In this document: positions 24,780 through 38,000 of the stretch, one piece after another
How positions within the stretch are numbered: position 1 is the stretch's first letter
Layout: the number at the start of each line of letters is the position of its first letter
Source: Asterias rubens
Lineage: Eukaryota
Direction: 5' to 3'
DNA length: 64,000 nt
Assembly: GCF_902459465.1 (NCBI RefSeq)
Contig: NC_047076.1
Span: 7,874,001-7,938,000 of the forward strand
Program-made: the position numbers and the translations under genes
Notes under the pieces: generated by a model
Told to the model about the DNA's origin: nothing
Databases searched by the model: none
What the model saw: only the letters and a program-made list of their open reading frames with translations

Positions 24780-25648
24780 TAGTTGCGATAACGTAACCCT
24801 CCTGCCGACGGCGGAGCTGGAGGGTTACGAGTCACACGCAATCTGTGCAGGGCGAAATGGTCAAACACGTACAATTTCGACAGCTAGTCAATAGATTTGC
24901 TCAATTTTTACCCCTTTCGAAAATCATGACACAAATTCTATGAACCAACCTTAATCCTCAATATCTAATGAATAACATTTAAAACACCATTGAGAAAGTA
25001 TTTTAAAAAAAAGTACAAAAACTTACCAGATTCCGGAGCGAAACAGTCACAAATTTCCCAGGTTCTATTTTGAACCTGTCGCTTCGCCATTTTGTGACTT
25101 CCCGATGTTCATTGCTGTTGGACTAAACCATTCTGTAAAAGGGGTGTTATAAGGCAGCGCGGCAGGGCGTGTGCGCTGTCCGTTTACTATTTGCCCGCTG
25201 TTCACTCACTAGCGCACTGCCGCACTGCAGCTGCACCCATTGTAACACCCCTTTTACAGAATGGTTTAGTCAAACTGGGCTGCGGCTCGGTCGGCAGGTC
25301 GTCAATTCAATTGGCTGGTACCTACGGTTGGGTTCAGCGCTTGGGGTCAGCGCTTGGTAACCAGCGACAGGTTCAAAAATAGAACCTGGGAAATTTGTGA
25401 CTGTTTCGCTCCTGGGATCTGGTAAGTTTTTGTCCTTTTTTTCAAAATATTTTCTCAATTGTGTTTTTGAATGTTATTCATTAGACATTGAGGATTAAGT
25501 TCGTGTTCATAGAATTTGTGTCATGATTTTTGAAAGTGGTAAAAAATGAGCAAATCTGTTGACTAAAATATTTCGCCCTGAATCGATTGCGAATGACTCA
25601 TAACCCTTCGGCTACGCCGTCGGCAGGAGGGTTACGTTATCGCAACTA
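24780..25648. mobile_element. ~870-bp element with ~300-bp terminal inverted repeats (TAGTTGCGATAACGTAACCCTCC…GGAGGGTTACGTTATCGCAACTA) and an inner 45-55 bp inverted repeat
   Basis: 24780-25083 is the reverse complement of ~25353-25648, and 25117-25165 pairs with ~25215-25272. A 56-bp ends-only relative lies at 52202-52257. Confidence 0.75.
25353..25421 (+). promoter_or_regulatory. Probable non-coding first exon of the RGG/zinc-finger gene (donor GGATCTG|GTAAGT at 25421/25422, acceptor TTAG| at 26034); 5' boundary uncertain
   Basis: The coding exon has an acceptor 15 nt upstream of its ATG (26050), so it needs an upstream exon. The nearest consensus donor, next to a GC-rich promoter-like core, is this one. 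Confidence 0.5.
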
Positions 25649-26049
25649 GGGGACTTGGACCTTTTTCTGTGGTCGTGTGGATTCCACGGTTTATTTACAC
25701 CTTTCAAGATTGTACTACCTTTTTGGGAAAGATTTCTTTATCCTGCCAACATTGTAATCCTGCCAACACTTCACTAATTTTTACCAAAAGGTTTATCGCA
25801 TTTGAATAATATTACTTATTATTAGTTATTTATTTCATAACAAATGAAAAAGTGGTGGCAGGATTTTTACCCAGCACTAATTTTTTTACCAAAATGTTGC
25901 CATCTTCAGTCGTACTGCCTACTACAAAAAAGTTGTGGTTCATTATAGTTGCAAGAATTGTTAGTTTCTGCAGATCAGTTGTGATGATCAACAAATTTAT
26001 TTTCAGATGTATAATTTTATTCTTTGATCCTTAGTACAGTACTTGAATC

Positions 26050-29000
26050 ATGTACGGTAACAATAGAGGTATGGACTACTCTTCCCAGTACGGAGCAAGT
26101 AGTAGTATGCCATATAGCATGGACCTCTCTGGTTATGGAACAAGTGGTGACAATGAGGGCTATGGATCGTCGATCATGCAGGACACCTCCTTCTCTTCTT
26201 TCCCAAGTGGGAATGGACAAGCAGGAGGCATTAAGTACTTCGGAGGGCCTCAAGGATCTTTCCACAATGGTCCCGGAAAGAGCATGGGTGGAAACTATGG
26301 TAGCAGTGGAGTGCAACGTGGCGGGAACCGTGGAGGAAGTGCGGGGCGTGGTATGGGGCGTGGTGCTACAGGAGGCACTGCTAGAGGTGCTGCAAGGGGC
26401 GCTACTAGAGGCGCGGCAAGAGGTGCTGCAAGAGGCGCTGCAAGGGGTGGGGCATCAGGGCGAGGTGCCACAACGGCAGGAAATGGCGCAATCAAAAAGG
26501 TATCTACACCTGGAGTGTCTACAATGGATAAAGATGAATCGGGGTACCTTCAGGATCATGCTGGTCACTTTCCGGATGAATACTGGTGTAAGGTGAGTTT
26601 GTTGCACCGGCAGGGGACTTTTGGGACGCCAATTTAAGTCTTTTTAACTTCTGTCATGTATTTTTGTGATATTTTTATTCAACCTCATTGAATTGAATTG
26701 AATTGAATAGGTGGTAGCAGATTTACCAGGTAAATCCATTTTTCTTGGTAATGTGCGCATGTTAAGAAGTACTTAAAATGGAAATTTTACTTGTAAGTCT
26801 GCTGCGTCCTGCCGTCCAAAGTCTCGTATTGTAACCCTCCATACTCCTGAGGGTTGCTGACCGGAGGATTACAATGTTAAAGGGTTTGGATACTTTTTGT
26901 ACAACACAAAAAACAATGTCCAAAACAAGAAATCTTCATTTAAAATATTACCTTCTTAGGTGCTGTTTTTATTTTGAGAAATGAGTCAAACAATGCCATG
27001 AAAATAATTTTTGTCTCAGGAGACAACAATTGATAGCATGTACAAAGTATTAATGCGACTCTCCTGAAAACACAGCTGTGTGATTTTCACTTTTTATTCT
27101 TAAAAACTTGACGACTCATGAAGCTGAAACTTCTACAGGTAAATTTTATTACAAACATCTTTAGTCACAGTGAGTAGAGATTCATGTCATGTCCAAAAAC
27201 TTGATCCACAAAAGGTGTATCCAAACCCAGGTAGTGACTAGTGACCAGATTTGCAGTAGTCTTTCATAAATTAAAGATGAAACTAACATTATCTGTGGTT
27301 GTTACAGATCTGCAACGCAAAGACGACAGGACCCAGCAACTACCGACAGCACATGAATGGGGTTCGTCATCAACAGGTACATAGTTTATGACACAACGGC
27401 ATTTTATATTTGATACCCTCGAAGAAACAATGCCAAGATCATCCAAGTCTACCATTCTGGCCAAAATGCTTAGGCCGCCCATTCCTAACGTTACATAAAA
27501 CCAATCCCTTTACACTTCCCACTGACAATCATTCTCTTCCTCGTCCCCCCGCTCAATGTTGACTGTAACGCAGAAGACCGAGCAATCAGAACCAACATTA
27601 AACAAAGGGTGCAGGGGGGCCCCAACGAGATATGGCCTAGATTCTAGCTATCCAAGTCGAACAATGCCGTCAGAAATGAAAACTGCACATGTAAGCTAAC
27701 ATAGCAGTCTTCTGACGTCAAGTCTTCACTTGGATGAGCTGGCTTATTCACCATCTGTGCCTAATTTTGTGTAATTCAGCACATAAATAGAACATTTCTT
27801 GTTTAAGTTTATATTTGATGATGTGATTGAGACTGGGATTGAGAAAGGGATTGCGACTGTTGTGTTAATATTGGAACTCCACTGTGAGATTCACAGTGGA
27901 TTTTTTGATAACTTTTCAAATTATTTTGAACTAAACTTGTTAGAGAAAAATAATATCGTAGGAACACAAAGTGTTGTGTGCTCTACAGTTTTTCACTGGT
28001 TTCACAAAAACAAAAGTTTTTATCTGAAAGATCACACAAACGTATCAGGACAATTAAGGCTTTTATTTCCTACAAAGCAACTGTTCAAGTTTGTGAACAG
28101 TTAAAACGTTTCTTTTCTTTTGAAATCTGTTGAATATTCTAACCTTTATGAATATCAAAAGCTCAGAAGCCACTCAGGACATGGTCTCTGTGCCCTGGAC
28201 CCAATTTTGAAGAGAAAATATTGCTGGAATAGTTGTGCTAGAATGAATCAGTAAGCATGATATATTGGACAAGTATTTTGGTTGATAACATTGATTTGAT
28301 AAGCGCATTTTGTTGTGCTTAGCAATTTTGAATGAATGAAAACTTGACTTGATTTTCCTGCTCAAATATTTTGTGCAAAATTTATTTAAATGTATGTCTG
28401 GTTCCCAGGTTTTATACAGGCTTTATTTCAAACAGATAACAAAGTCCATTTTTGTTCTCTAAAAAAAGTGTACTTGAAGCCAAACTTCAAGTACATGTTG
28501 TTATTTTTTACACTGTGAATAAGTATCACAGGGTAACTGCAAATCAAATTTGGGTAGGGTGTCTTCTTTCAAAAACTATAGATTAAAATGCACATTGTTT
28601 GTGCATTCGTATAGGGTTACTGTATATACCTGCGTATGGTTCTCTATTCCTTGCCTGTATAAATAATGGGAACCAGTTTATTTGAACAACCAAGATATGG
28701 TTCATTAAATTGTATGTTTGTGATAATGTTATCATGAAACTTATGATGCCAGAGGAGCATTCCCTTTCCGGAGGGATGCAACTTGGCCGTTCCTAATCCA
28801 ACTTGTTTTCTCTTTTCCCTTCATACTATAGAATCTCCAGAGCATTCAACAGGGCGGTGAGTGGACAGGTGCAGAGGGGCGGATTTTGGCACCTCGCCAA
28901 AATCCCCGCTGACACCATTGTTCTCACAATGATGAAGTGCTGTATGGGAAATATTTCAACATTGCAATTAAAAGCTCATCCTAAAAAGTTTACTCGGTCA

Positions 29001-32000
29001 GATCCTTCAATTGTCGCGGGGAAAAAGTTAACATGTACCTGCCATGTGAAACTTCAAAGGACAATTTGGAAACCAGTTCAGCTGGTATCCATGCCCCATT
29101 CTTAGCCTCCGCAGGCACAGCTATTTTCCTCTGATAAAGGGCACTTATATGAGGAAAATTTGTATTGCAACATTTCGCAAAGGGCACCGCCTTCATAGCA
29201 CAGGGCACCACAGCAATTGCTGTAAGTGACGTTGTTCATTTGGAGGCCTGCCCTCAGTGCACTGCCTCAGTGCCCTGTGAGCCATTTAAGATCATTACAC
29301 AGTTACCACATAAATAAAGCTTAAATGGTTTTGTATGTTGCAATGCATTGAATAGTAACAGTAAATAAACATTACAAGGAATTTGAGTAAGCGCCAATTG
29401 CAGGAATATTTCCCATACAAATACGCTTTGACTTTAGCTGTACTATCTACCCTTACTAGAAGTCATCTGCGACATAAAACATCTGCTCAACAGTGTTTAT
29501 GTCTTGTACCAATTGCTCACCTGTAGCAGAGTAAGAAATTATTCTTGAATTTGTGTTTCGTGCTGTGAAAGTCAGATTGATTGGCTGTTAGTTGAAATAT
29601 TTGTTGTCCGAAGTTAAGTTTTAACTGTTCGGCAAACCAACAATGCTTGCATGGGTTAGATAATATCATTATTTTGAGTCAAATGGAAATTTCTTTTGAT
29701 GTAAATCTTTTGGATTGACAATATTTAGAAATTGTTACATACAAATGTTGCAATTTTGTGCAATGGTTGTCTGAAGTTGGAAATATTTCAACATACTTGC
29801 TAAGAAAATGTCTGATAAAAAGAAGAAGTATGCATCAATCAGTCATTCGCAGGGTGTAAACAGAGGTTGTTTACACTGTACATGTGAGCTCTATGAAATA
29901 TACCTGTGTATTCATAGGCCATGAATTTATGCATGCATGCCCATTGGTAAATCAAGTTACACAATAAGGCAAATTCTTGACCAATCAGATATGAGTATGT
30001 CAAGTGTTTATTTACATGAAGCAGCAAACCAATCAAACCCTGTACTTTCACAGCATAAGAATTTTTTTCTCTGGAACTGCAACAAAATCGCGGGGTACCA
30101 ACACTTTGATTGGTAAACATTACAGTTTAAAATTGAGTCATTCAGGGTTCTCCAGATTTTAGAAACTTTCAGTTTGAAGTAAGGCGACCAGCCAAAGTGG
30201 ATACGATTGCGTATGGTTACCACTGGTTACCACTTTCACAAACTGGTTACCACTTTCAGAAATGTGCCTAGTAGTACAGAAAAGTCATGGTTAGGAGTAA
30301 CAGATTACCAGTTAAACTGCCATGTAATGTACATTGCTTTTGACTGGTCTCCTGCTACTTGTGCTTAGCTAATCACTTTGTAATGCAACAATTGTCATTA
30401 ATCTTATAATCAAAGTCCACACGCTTGGGTGTTCAGATGCCTGAAGCCGTTGTACTTTAACTGATTTAAAAAAATAGCCAGTTGAACCATGTTTGGTTCC
30501 CTTAGATTCCCCCCCATTAAATATGGCCAACAGTTGTGCTGTTGTGTTGCAATCACTGATGGTATAAATGAGCCTCTATCTGGCTTCTGAAATCATTGGA
30601 GAACCCTCTTCGAGTAACATAACAAACAAATATTTGTAAATCAAATATTTACTTTGGCTTAAGAATCAAGTATTTCCGAAAAAGTTGCAGTTCCAGCGAA
30701 TTTTATTCAACAGTTCATTTACATTTACAAAAAACTGCCGCGTTATCATTTTCAAGGCCCAATTTTTTTTAAATGCCACTAGTCTACAGGTCTTGTAGCT
30801 CAGAACTCTCATTGGACCAGATAGATTTTAAGACCAAAAATATATATTTTTTGTGTGTGAGAATTATTTACTGAACTCTTGGAAGGCGGTTCAAACTAAA
30901 GAGCTTAAGTGAAAAAAACATAAGATTTTTTGGTTGTGGGGTTTCTGACCAAATGCTTAAACTACTTGACTCTGGCCAGGGGTCAAGCGGGTATGGTAGG
31001 TCAATTGTAAATCGAAAAATAAGTTTTAAACACAAAGCTAACAACTGGAACCAATTTCAGAAGTGAACGCAAGGATCCCCTGAAATATTTCTGTTTTTAT
31101 CTCAGCCCTTTGATTTAAGGAAAACATTACAGTGAATTTTGTTTTTGTGTCGGATGTGGCCTGATTCAAGAAAAATTTTCCTTAGTTTAGAGAAAGAACC
31201 ACTTTGTAGCCAGGCAGCGACCAGAGGAATTGAGGCAAATGCCTCCATTGTCTCTATAAAGTATGAGGCCTGCGTATTACCAAATTTATTACTACAAACC
31301 ATCATGTGAAAAAAACAAAATGTAAGGATTTGATAATCACAAGAAGCATTGGTTACGGGCTCATTCCCTGAAAATGTCTTTCTGGGTTATTAAAACTGTC
31401 ATCAAAAGCGTGCTAGATTTGAATTGTCTGGTACGATGATCTGGATGATCACAAGTTACCGTTTAAATTTGATTCCCTCAGACTATCCAGACAGTTGCTA
31501 CATGTATGTCACATGATTCAGGCAAGCGTTTGCGTAGTAAGTTCTGTTAGAGACGGTGAACCATGTGTGCCGCAGTGGTACCAGGGTTTGCTGATCTGAG
31601 TGTGCAAAAGCTAGCCCGAACCATTCGATATAGCAACTGTCAGTATAGTCTGAGGAATTCAAATGTAAATTGTAACTTGTGACTAAGCAAGTCATTGTAC
31701 CAAACTTTATTCAAATTCAACTCGCTGGCTTCTTATAATGGTTTCTAAGCTTGCAGGATAAATATGAATGTCGTTAAACCACAGAGTATTTGTTGTATTT
31801 TACAGTTGCCCCTCTTAAGACTGGACCTCAGACACCTCGCAAGAGGAAGATGGAGGCTGAAGGAATTATACCTAACAAGAAACGCTTGAAAGAAATGATT
31901 GCTGGCAGTGATGAAGCTTTTATCGGTAAAAATCATCATCTTTTTATCCGACTATCAAGTTGACCCTCTTACTGTGTGACCCATTATTATTACCACTATG

Positions 32001-35000
32001 GTTTTTTATAAGACAATTACAGTGTGAGGTGCTGTTCTTAACAGTGTGGTTATGAACGTGTAGGCTGCTGTCCGACCTTATTCCCAACAGTCTTTGGTTC
32101 GAATACCTCACATGTAATATTCCTGTGGACTGTGCTCACATAACTTGGGGAGTAGGGGGGAGTACCGAGTATACCGTGCATGATATATCAGTGTATTGAT
32201 AAAAAGATTCGTTCCTGGCTTTGGCTGTTCAGTGTGCTGCAGCACCATCATAACTGTTCTCATATCACAAAAAAGACTCTAAGGCTGTCTTAATAAAAAA
32301 CAATAAGCACTTTCAAAAAATCCGCAGATTAAGTTTATAAAACTTGTCGTTATTATTATCACTAACATAAATTTTACATCTGATAAAATTTTACATCTGA
32401 TTTTGTTTTTTGGGCAATGTTAGGAGTGGAATACGTGACGTATACAAAAATCGTAGATACAGTTTATATAACTTGTTATTATTGTTATCACTGACATAAA
32501 TTTGATAAAATTTGACCTAAATTTTCTTTTTTTGGGCCAATGTTAGGAGTGGAGTACGTGACTGAGATTCTCCGCGAGGGATCCGAACCCGAGTACGATT
32601 GTGAGATTTGTACTTGCCGGACACTACAAGGAAACATCCTCTTTCATCTGACAGGATTCCGCCATCGGTTTGCGTTCATTGTAAGAAACCATCTTGGTCT
32701 AGTTTCCTCTTTGCAAGCATACAACGGACTCTCTTTGTTATGACAAAAAGGGCCACACTGTTTTTTCTATTTAACAATTTGGGTACTTTTTGTAACACAA
32801 AACACAATGTCTTTTTGAGGTTGAACAAAGAATTAACTAGAGTGGAATTTGAACCAACGACCTCCGGATTAACGTGCCGGCGCTCTACCAACTGAGCTAT
32901 CTAGCCCTATATTGGCGGTGTCCCTATTTTGTCAATTGCAATGTCCACAGATTTAGAAGAGCATTAGTGGATAGTGTTAGCAGAAAGCTTACCTTAAAAT
33001 ATTACTAGCTGAGGTGCTGTAGTTTGAGAAATTAGTAAAACAGTGTCACACAAATATTGTTTACATGCTAGAATTGTTTTGGTCTTTAGAGACGAAAAAT
33101 ATTTTTTTGACTCTCATTTCTCAAAAAGTACAGCACCTCGACAAGTAATATTTTGAAGGGAAGCTTTCTATCATCATAATTTTTAAACTGTGTGAGTTTG
33201 ATGTAAATCTGTGGACATTGTGTTTTGTGTCCTACAAAAAGTACCCACACCCTTTAAGAACACTTATGTTGATGAATCTTATACAATTTTCAAGACATTC
33301 GTGACGTCGGGAAACATTTTGAAGTTCATACTATAACCATTTTTTCTGTAAAATATTTATCTCTGAAATTAAATCATATTTGATAAAATATCTCTAAAAC
33401 TGTCTCTAAAAACCTTAAATAAACGCAGCAGCTGATTTTGGTTGTTACAACCTTATCTATGGTCAGTGTGTTTACATGCTGTACAAATTGTGCAGGGTTT
33501 TTCACTTTTTTCTTTTGACTCGCACAAATTGATTAAGCCCAAATTTGGACACAGCCCATCAAACAGTTATGTGACCAACACTCTGGTAGATTGATCACAG
33601 TCCAATTTTGAAATTATTTCCGTTATCAACAGACCAAGCACAAACCAGATATTGCGGAGGCCATCGAAGCAGGAGCCAGAGCAATGGAGGAAGCAGAAAA
33701 AGCCGCTAACCCTCCCGACCCAGCAGCCAGCGTCACCGTAGACAACGAAGGGAAGGAGAAGAAGAAACCTTTGAGAGGGCTGCGGGAGAAACTGAAAGAG
33801 TACATCCAAGAGGTGGCGGCCGAGTTCCCTATGAAGCCACCCAAGTTTAAAGTCATTAAGGATATGCTTCCGCCAGGTATTGACACGACAACTTTCTTGC
33901 CCCTTCTCTCTTAAGCCCTGTTCATACTTCATGCTAATGCGAAGGCAAAGCCAAATTGACGTGATTTTGACGTCACAACTCTCCTTTCGCAGCGTGATTT
34001 AGCAAGAGAGTTAAGCAAAGTTCAACTGTTGCTAATTATTTGTTGAGAATTTCTGACGTCACCATGCGCTTCGCTTCGCGTTTGCAGGAAGTTTGAACCG
34101 GGCTTTCGGCTGTATCTGAATTGTCAGCTACAGTTATGGCTTTGCCTGTATGTTAGGTTGTTGTTAAGATTGGCTTATGTCAACGCATAATGACGCAATG
34201 ATCTAACCATAGCTGCAAATTCTGACCTGGATTTAGTTTGTTGGATTTGTTTGAACGATGGTTAGTCTATGCCAGCCTGCTATATGGTGGTGGATGAATC
34301 TAAACAAAACACAGTCAGCCCCCTATTGTCTGGCCATTCAATATTACCCATTGTAGTTTTAAATGAAAGATAAACTATGCCAGCCTCCAATATGAAATAA
34401 TATGCGAATGCATCAAACACAACCTGTGTGGTTGAATGGTTTGATATGGTTAGACCACTTGTGTTAGGAGGGCAAAGCGAGAATGTTCAGATGAAGGGAA
34501 GTTTTTCCCAGACATAATATAGAAGCCATTTCCTAGTTAATGTTTGAATGATGTCTGATACAGTGACTTCATTGGTAACAAACAATGCTTATTATTTATT
34601 TCTAAGATTTAATCCAGACTTTATTCTTTTCAGCTGCCAAGAAACCTGCATTGACAGCTGTCGCAAGCGGAAGAGGTCGTGGTGGTGCCAGTAGCTTAGC
34701 TGGAGGTCGTGGCGGTGCAGGTAGCTTTGCTAGAGGTCGTGGTGGTGCTGGCAGCTTTGCTGGAGGTCGTGGCGGTGCTGGTAGCTTTGCTGGAGGTCGT
34801 GGTGGTGCCGGTAGCTTTGCTGGAGGTCGTGGTGGTGCCGGTAGCTTTGCTGGAGGACGTGGTGGTTCCGGTAGCTTTGCTGGAGGTCGTGGTGGTGCCG
34901 GTAGCTTTGCTAGAGGTCGTGGCGGTGCCGGTAGCTTTGCTGGAGGTCGCGGTGGTACTGGTAGCTATGGTGGAGGTCGTGGTGCTGGTAGCTATGGTGG

Positions 35001-38000
35001 AGGTCTTGGTGGTGCCAGTGGCTTTGCTGGAGGTCGTGGTGGTGCCAGTGGATTTGCTGGAGGTAGTGGGGGATCAAGTAGTTTCAGTGGAGGGATGAGT
35101 GGCTTTGGTGGAGGTTATGGAGGTTCAAGTAGCTATGCTGGAAGTCTAAGTGGAAGTCTTAGTGGCCCCAGTAGCTTTGGAGGAGAAAGTTACGAGACAG
35201 GAGGTGAGTTTCCGCGGGTGTCAGATAATCTTAATTAGATTTAATTCGTTTTGCAATAACATCCTACAAAGTTTAAGTTAACTTCAAAAATGAAAGGTTG
35301 ATATTTACCAATCTGTTTGAAGTGGGAGAGATCTCCTGAAAGCAAATTTGTATCTTTAGGCAACTTTAGGTATCTCAAGGTAAGTTTTGCTAACTCAATG
35401 TTACTCAAGGTAACTTTAGTTTAATCATGGTAACTTCAGGTAACTCAAGATAACTTGGGGTAACTACAGGTTTGAACTCTGGATAACCCTTGGGAACCTC
35501 ATATAAAAACCTTTAGTCTGACCAGGGCCCATTTTCATAGAGCTGCTCTAAGCAGAAAATAGTGCTTAAATATGTTGTGCTAAGCAAAAATAGGCAGGAT
35601 ACCAGTCACAGATTACACATGTGACATGCTATGTTGGCTGATAACCTTACTTTGGTAAGCAAAATATAGTTGTGCTTAACTGCTCTTTTATGCTTTAAGC
35701 AGTTCCATGAAACTGGGCTTTGAACTTTTTTTTAATTTAAATTTTACATTCCTCCCTGAATAATACATTTTTGATGTTGCATCAATTAATCATTTGCAGG
35801 TGGTTATGGACGTGGTAGCGGAAGTGGGATGATGGGCAGCAATAGCATGGGAAGTGACTATGGAAGTACAGGAGGGCGTGGTCGAGGGTTGGGTCAGTAC
35901 TCGGACAACTCGGACCTTGGCGGAGGGTACGACCTACCGCCTCAGAGTAAAGTCAGCTCAGTCAAAGCGTAAGTTTAACAATCAGTTGACTGTCAGAACA
36001 AACCTAGTCCTATAAGAGATGTTAAATTTGCATCGGGGATAAAGAATATTAATTTTTTTTTTTACCCATACACCGATGTATGTAAGCACTGTATACTCAG
36101 TACTTTCCCGAGTCCTGTGAAAAAATATCACAGGCATTTTACTCGGGTGGGATTCGAACGACCTCTAGCTACTCAAGACACTGCTCTAGAATTGCAAGGG
36201 TCGTGGGTTCGAATCCCACCCGAGTAACATGCCTGTGATATTTTTTCACAGGACTCGGGGGGGAAAGTACTGAGTATACAGTGCTTACACACATCGGTGT
36301 ATGGGTAAAAAACCAAAATGATTAAACCTAGTCCTCTTTTTACACTCAGTCAAAGTTATTCCGACTTTACCCTTTCTTATTTAAACTTGCCCTTAGAATA
36401 TGCAAATGGAGTTAATGGACCCTTAATCTAACCTGAGACAATACAAATCTGGGCGCTGTACTATACTTTAGACATGGACTATACAATCATGGCCACTGGG
36501 TTGTGGCACAAAAGGTCAGGCTGGAACATTTACAATATATACTAAGGGGTCCTGTGTCCTCACCACTTTGCTCCTATTGGTTCATAGCCACCAATTGTTT
36601 CTGAAATGGAAACTTTGATTGGCTGTAATTTTCCCGCTTCTTTCTGGATCCTTCCCTTAATCCCTTTCCCCTCTCTTTTTCTTTAAATGGATATGTATTT
36701 GTTTGTACTTGTTTTATGCCTCTGAAGAAGGTCCAGTTTAGATCGAAAGCTAAGGCCATCTACCCTACTTATTATATATACAAAGGGTTTATATAAAACA
36801 TGTAAAGTAAGAAAATGAACATTCATACTATATCTAAATGCTGTTTTTTTTTGGTGTGACATTGACCCCAAGCTTAATGTGCACTCATGGTACATATCCT
36901 GTCCGCCATTTTGGGAGTCAAAATCATGCACAAACATATGCACAAACGATTTGACTCTAAAAATGGTGGAAATGGTAGACCAGATTGTTCGGAGGTGTAC
37001 TCAGTGTTAGGTAAAGGGTCTGTAGAAATCAATCATCCTCATTCGCTTTGTAACCGCTGGAAAAGGCGCTTTAGTAAAAGCTGCTAATTAGTGACATATA
37101 ATACAAATTGGTGCAGTTACATGTATTTCAAAAGAACAATCGCCCCATTTGTAGAGAACAAATCGCCCCACTTGGAGAAGGGGTGTTTTGGTAACTTATT
37201 TATATTTACTTTCTCATGTTAGTGAGCTTGATAACTACTTGATGGACACCCTGAAGAAAGACTCGTTGGTCAGCGATGCCTTCATCCTGAGGGAGTTTGA
37301 ACGTCGTTTCGGCACCTCCGTGAGGCGGGGGAGGACGGACAATTATGATGATGATGCTGGACCATCCCAGAGGGATTCCCATGTGAGTTGACAAAAAAAT
37401 AGTCCTGGTCCAGGGTTCGATTTCACAAAGTTCTTGAGATTAGTTATCGGACCAGGGGTCGATTTCACATAGATCTGGAGATATATCAACAAAGTGATTT
37501 GTGTTGTGGCGTCAAGTTTTTGCTTTGGTTTAATCGCCACACCTTGTGAAATTGAGCCCGTGGCCAATTCAGTACATAGCCAAAAGCAAAACAAGAACTC
37601 GCAAGATAAGTTTTTTTAAATAGTTTTTTTAATCTGAAGCTTTTGATGGATTTTATTTTGGTGGCTTGTCAACGCTTTAAAATTGGTTCCAATTTGGAGA
37701 GCCTGAAACTGAAATAAACCTTAACAAATTTTGCTCTCGTTCATCAAAAGAATATGTTGACTTCCCAGTTTGGGTTAACCGGACGATGGTCTGAGGGATG
37801 ATGATATTAAAGGCCGAATTACAGTGACCCCACTGTGGGACACGGTGACAATAACCGGTGAAGCGAATAATTGATAAACTGCTGACCTCAGACCGTCATC
37901 TAGAAGGGTTAAGTTCTGGAACGATTCGGGAATTCTTAGGGCTCAAAGTGGTGGTAGATTTCTGAGAAAGTTTTTATGAGTGGTAGGCAGTGTTGGAGGA

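Noticed and set aside
28803-29105. 100-aa ORF
   Set aside because: It overlaps the 25-nt microexon in another frame and then runs through intron sequence.
32840-32910. Possible tRNA-Asn gene; also tRNA-like heads at 12018, 14001 and 36172
   Set aside because: Stems are mismatched, the sequences are embedded in repeated bodies (with a TSD at 32812), and they are SINE-like rather than functional tRNAs.
34709-35098. 129-aa VALLEVVVV ORF (and 26024-26596, 26295-26495)
   Set aside because: Shadow frames of the Gly/Arg coding repeats; there is no independent splice support.
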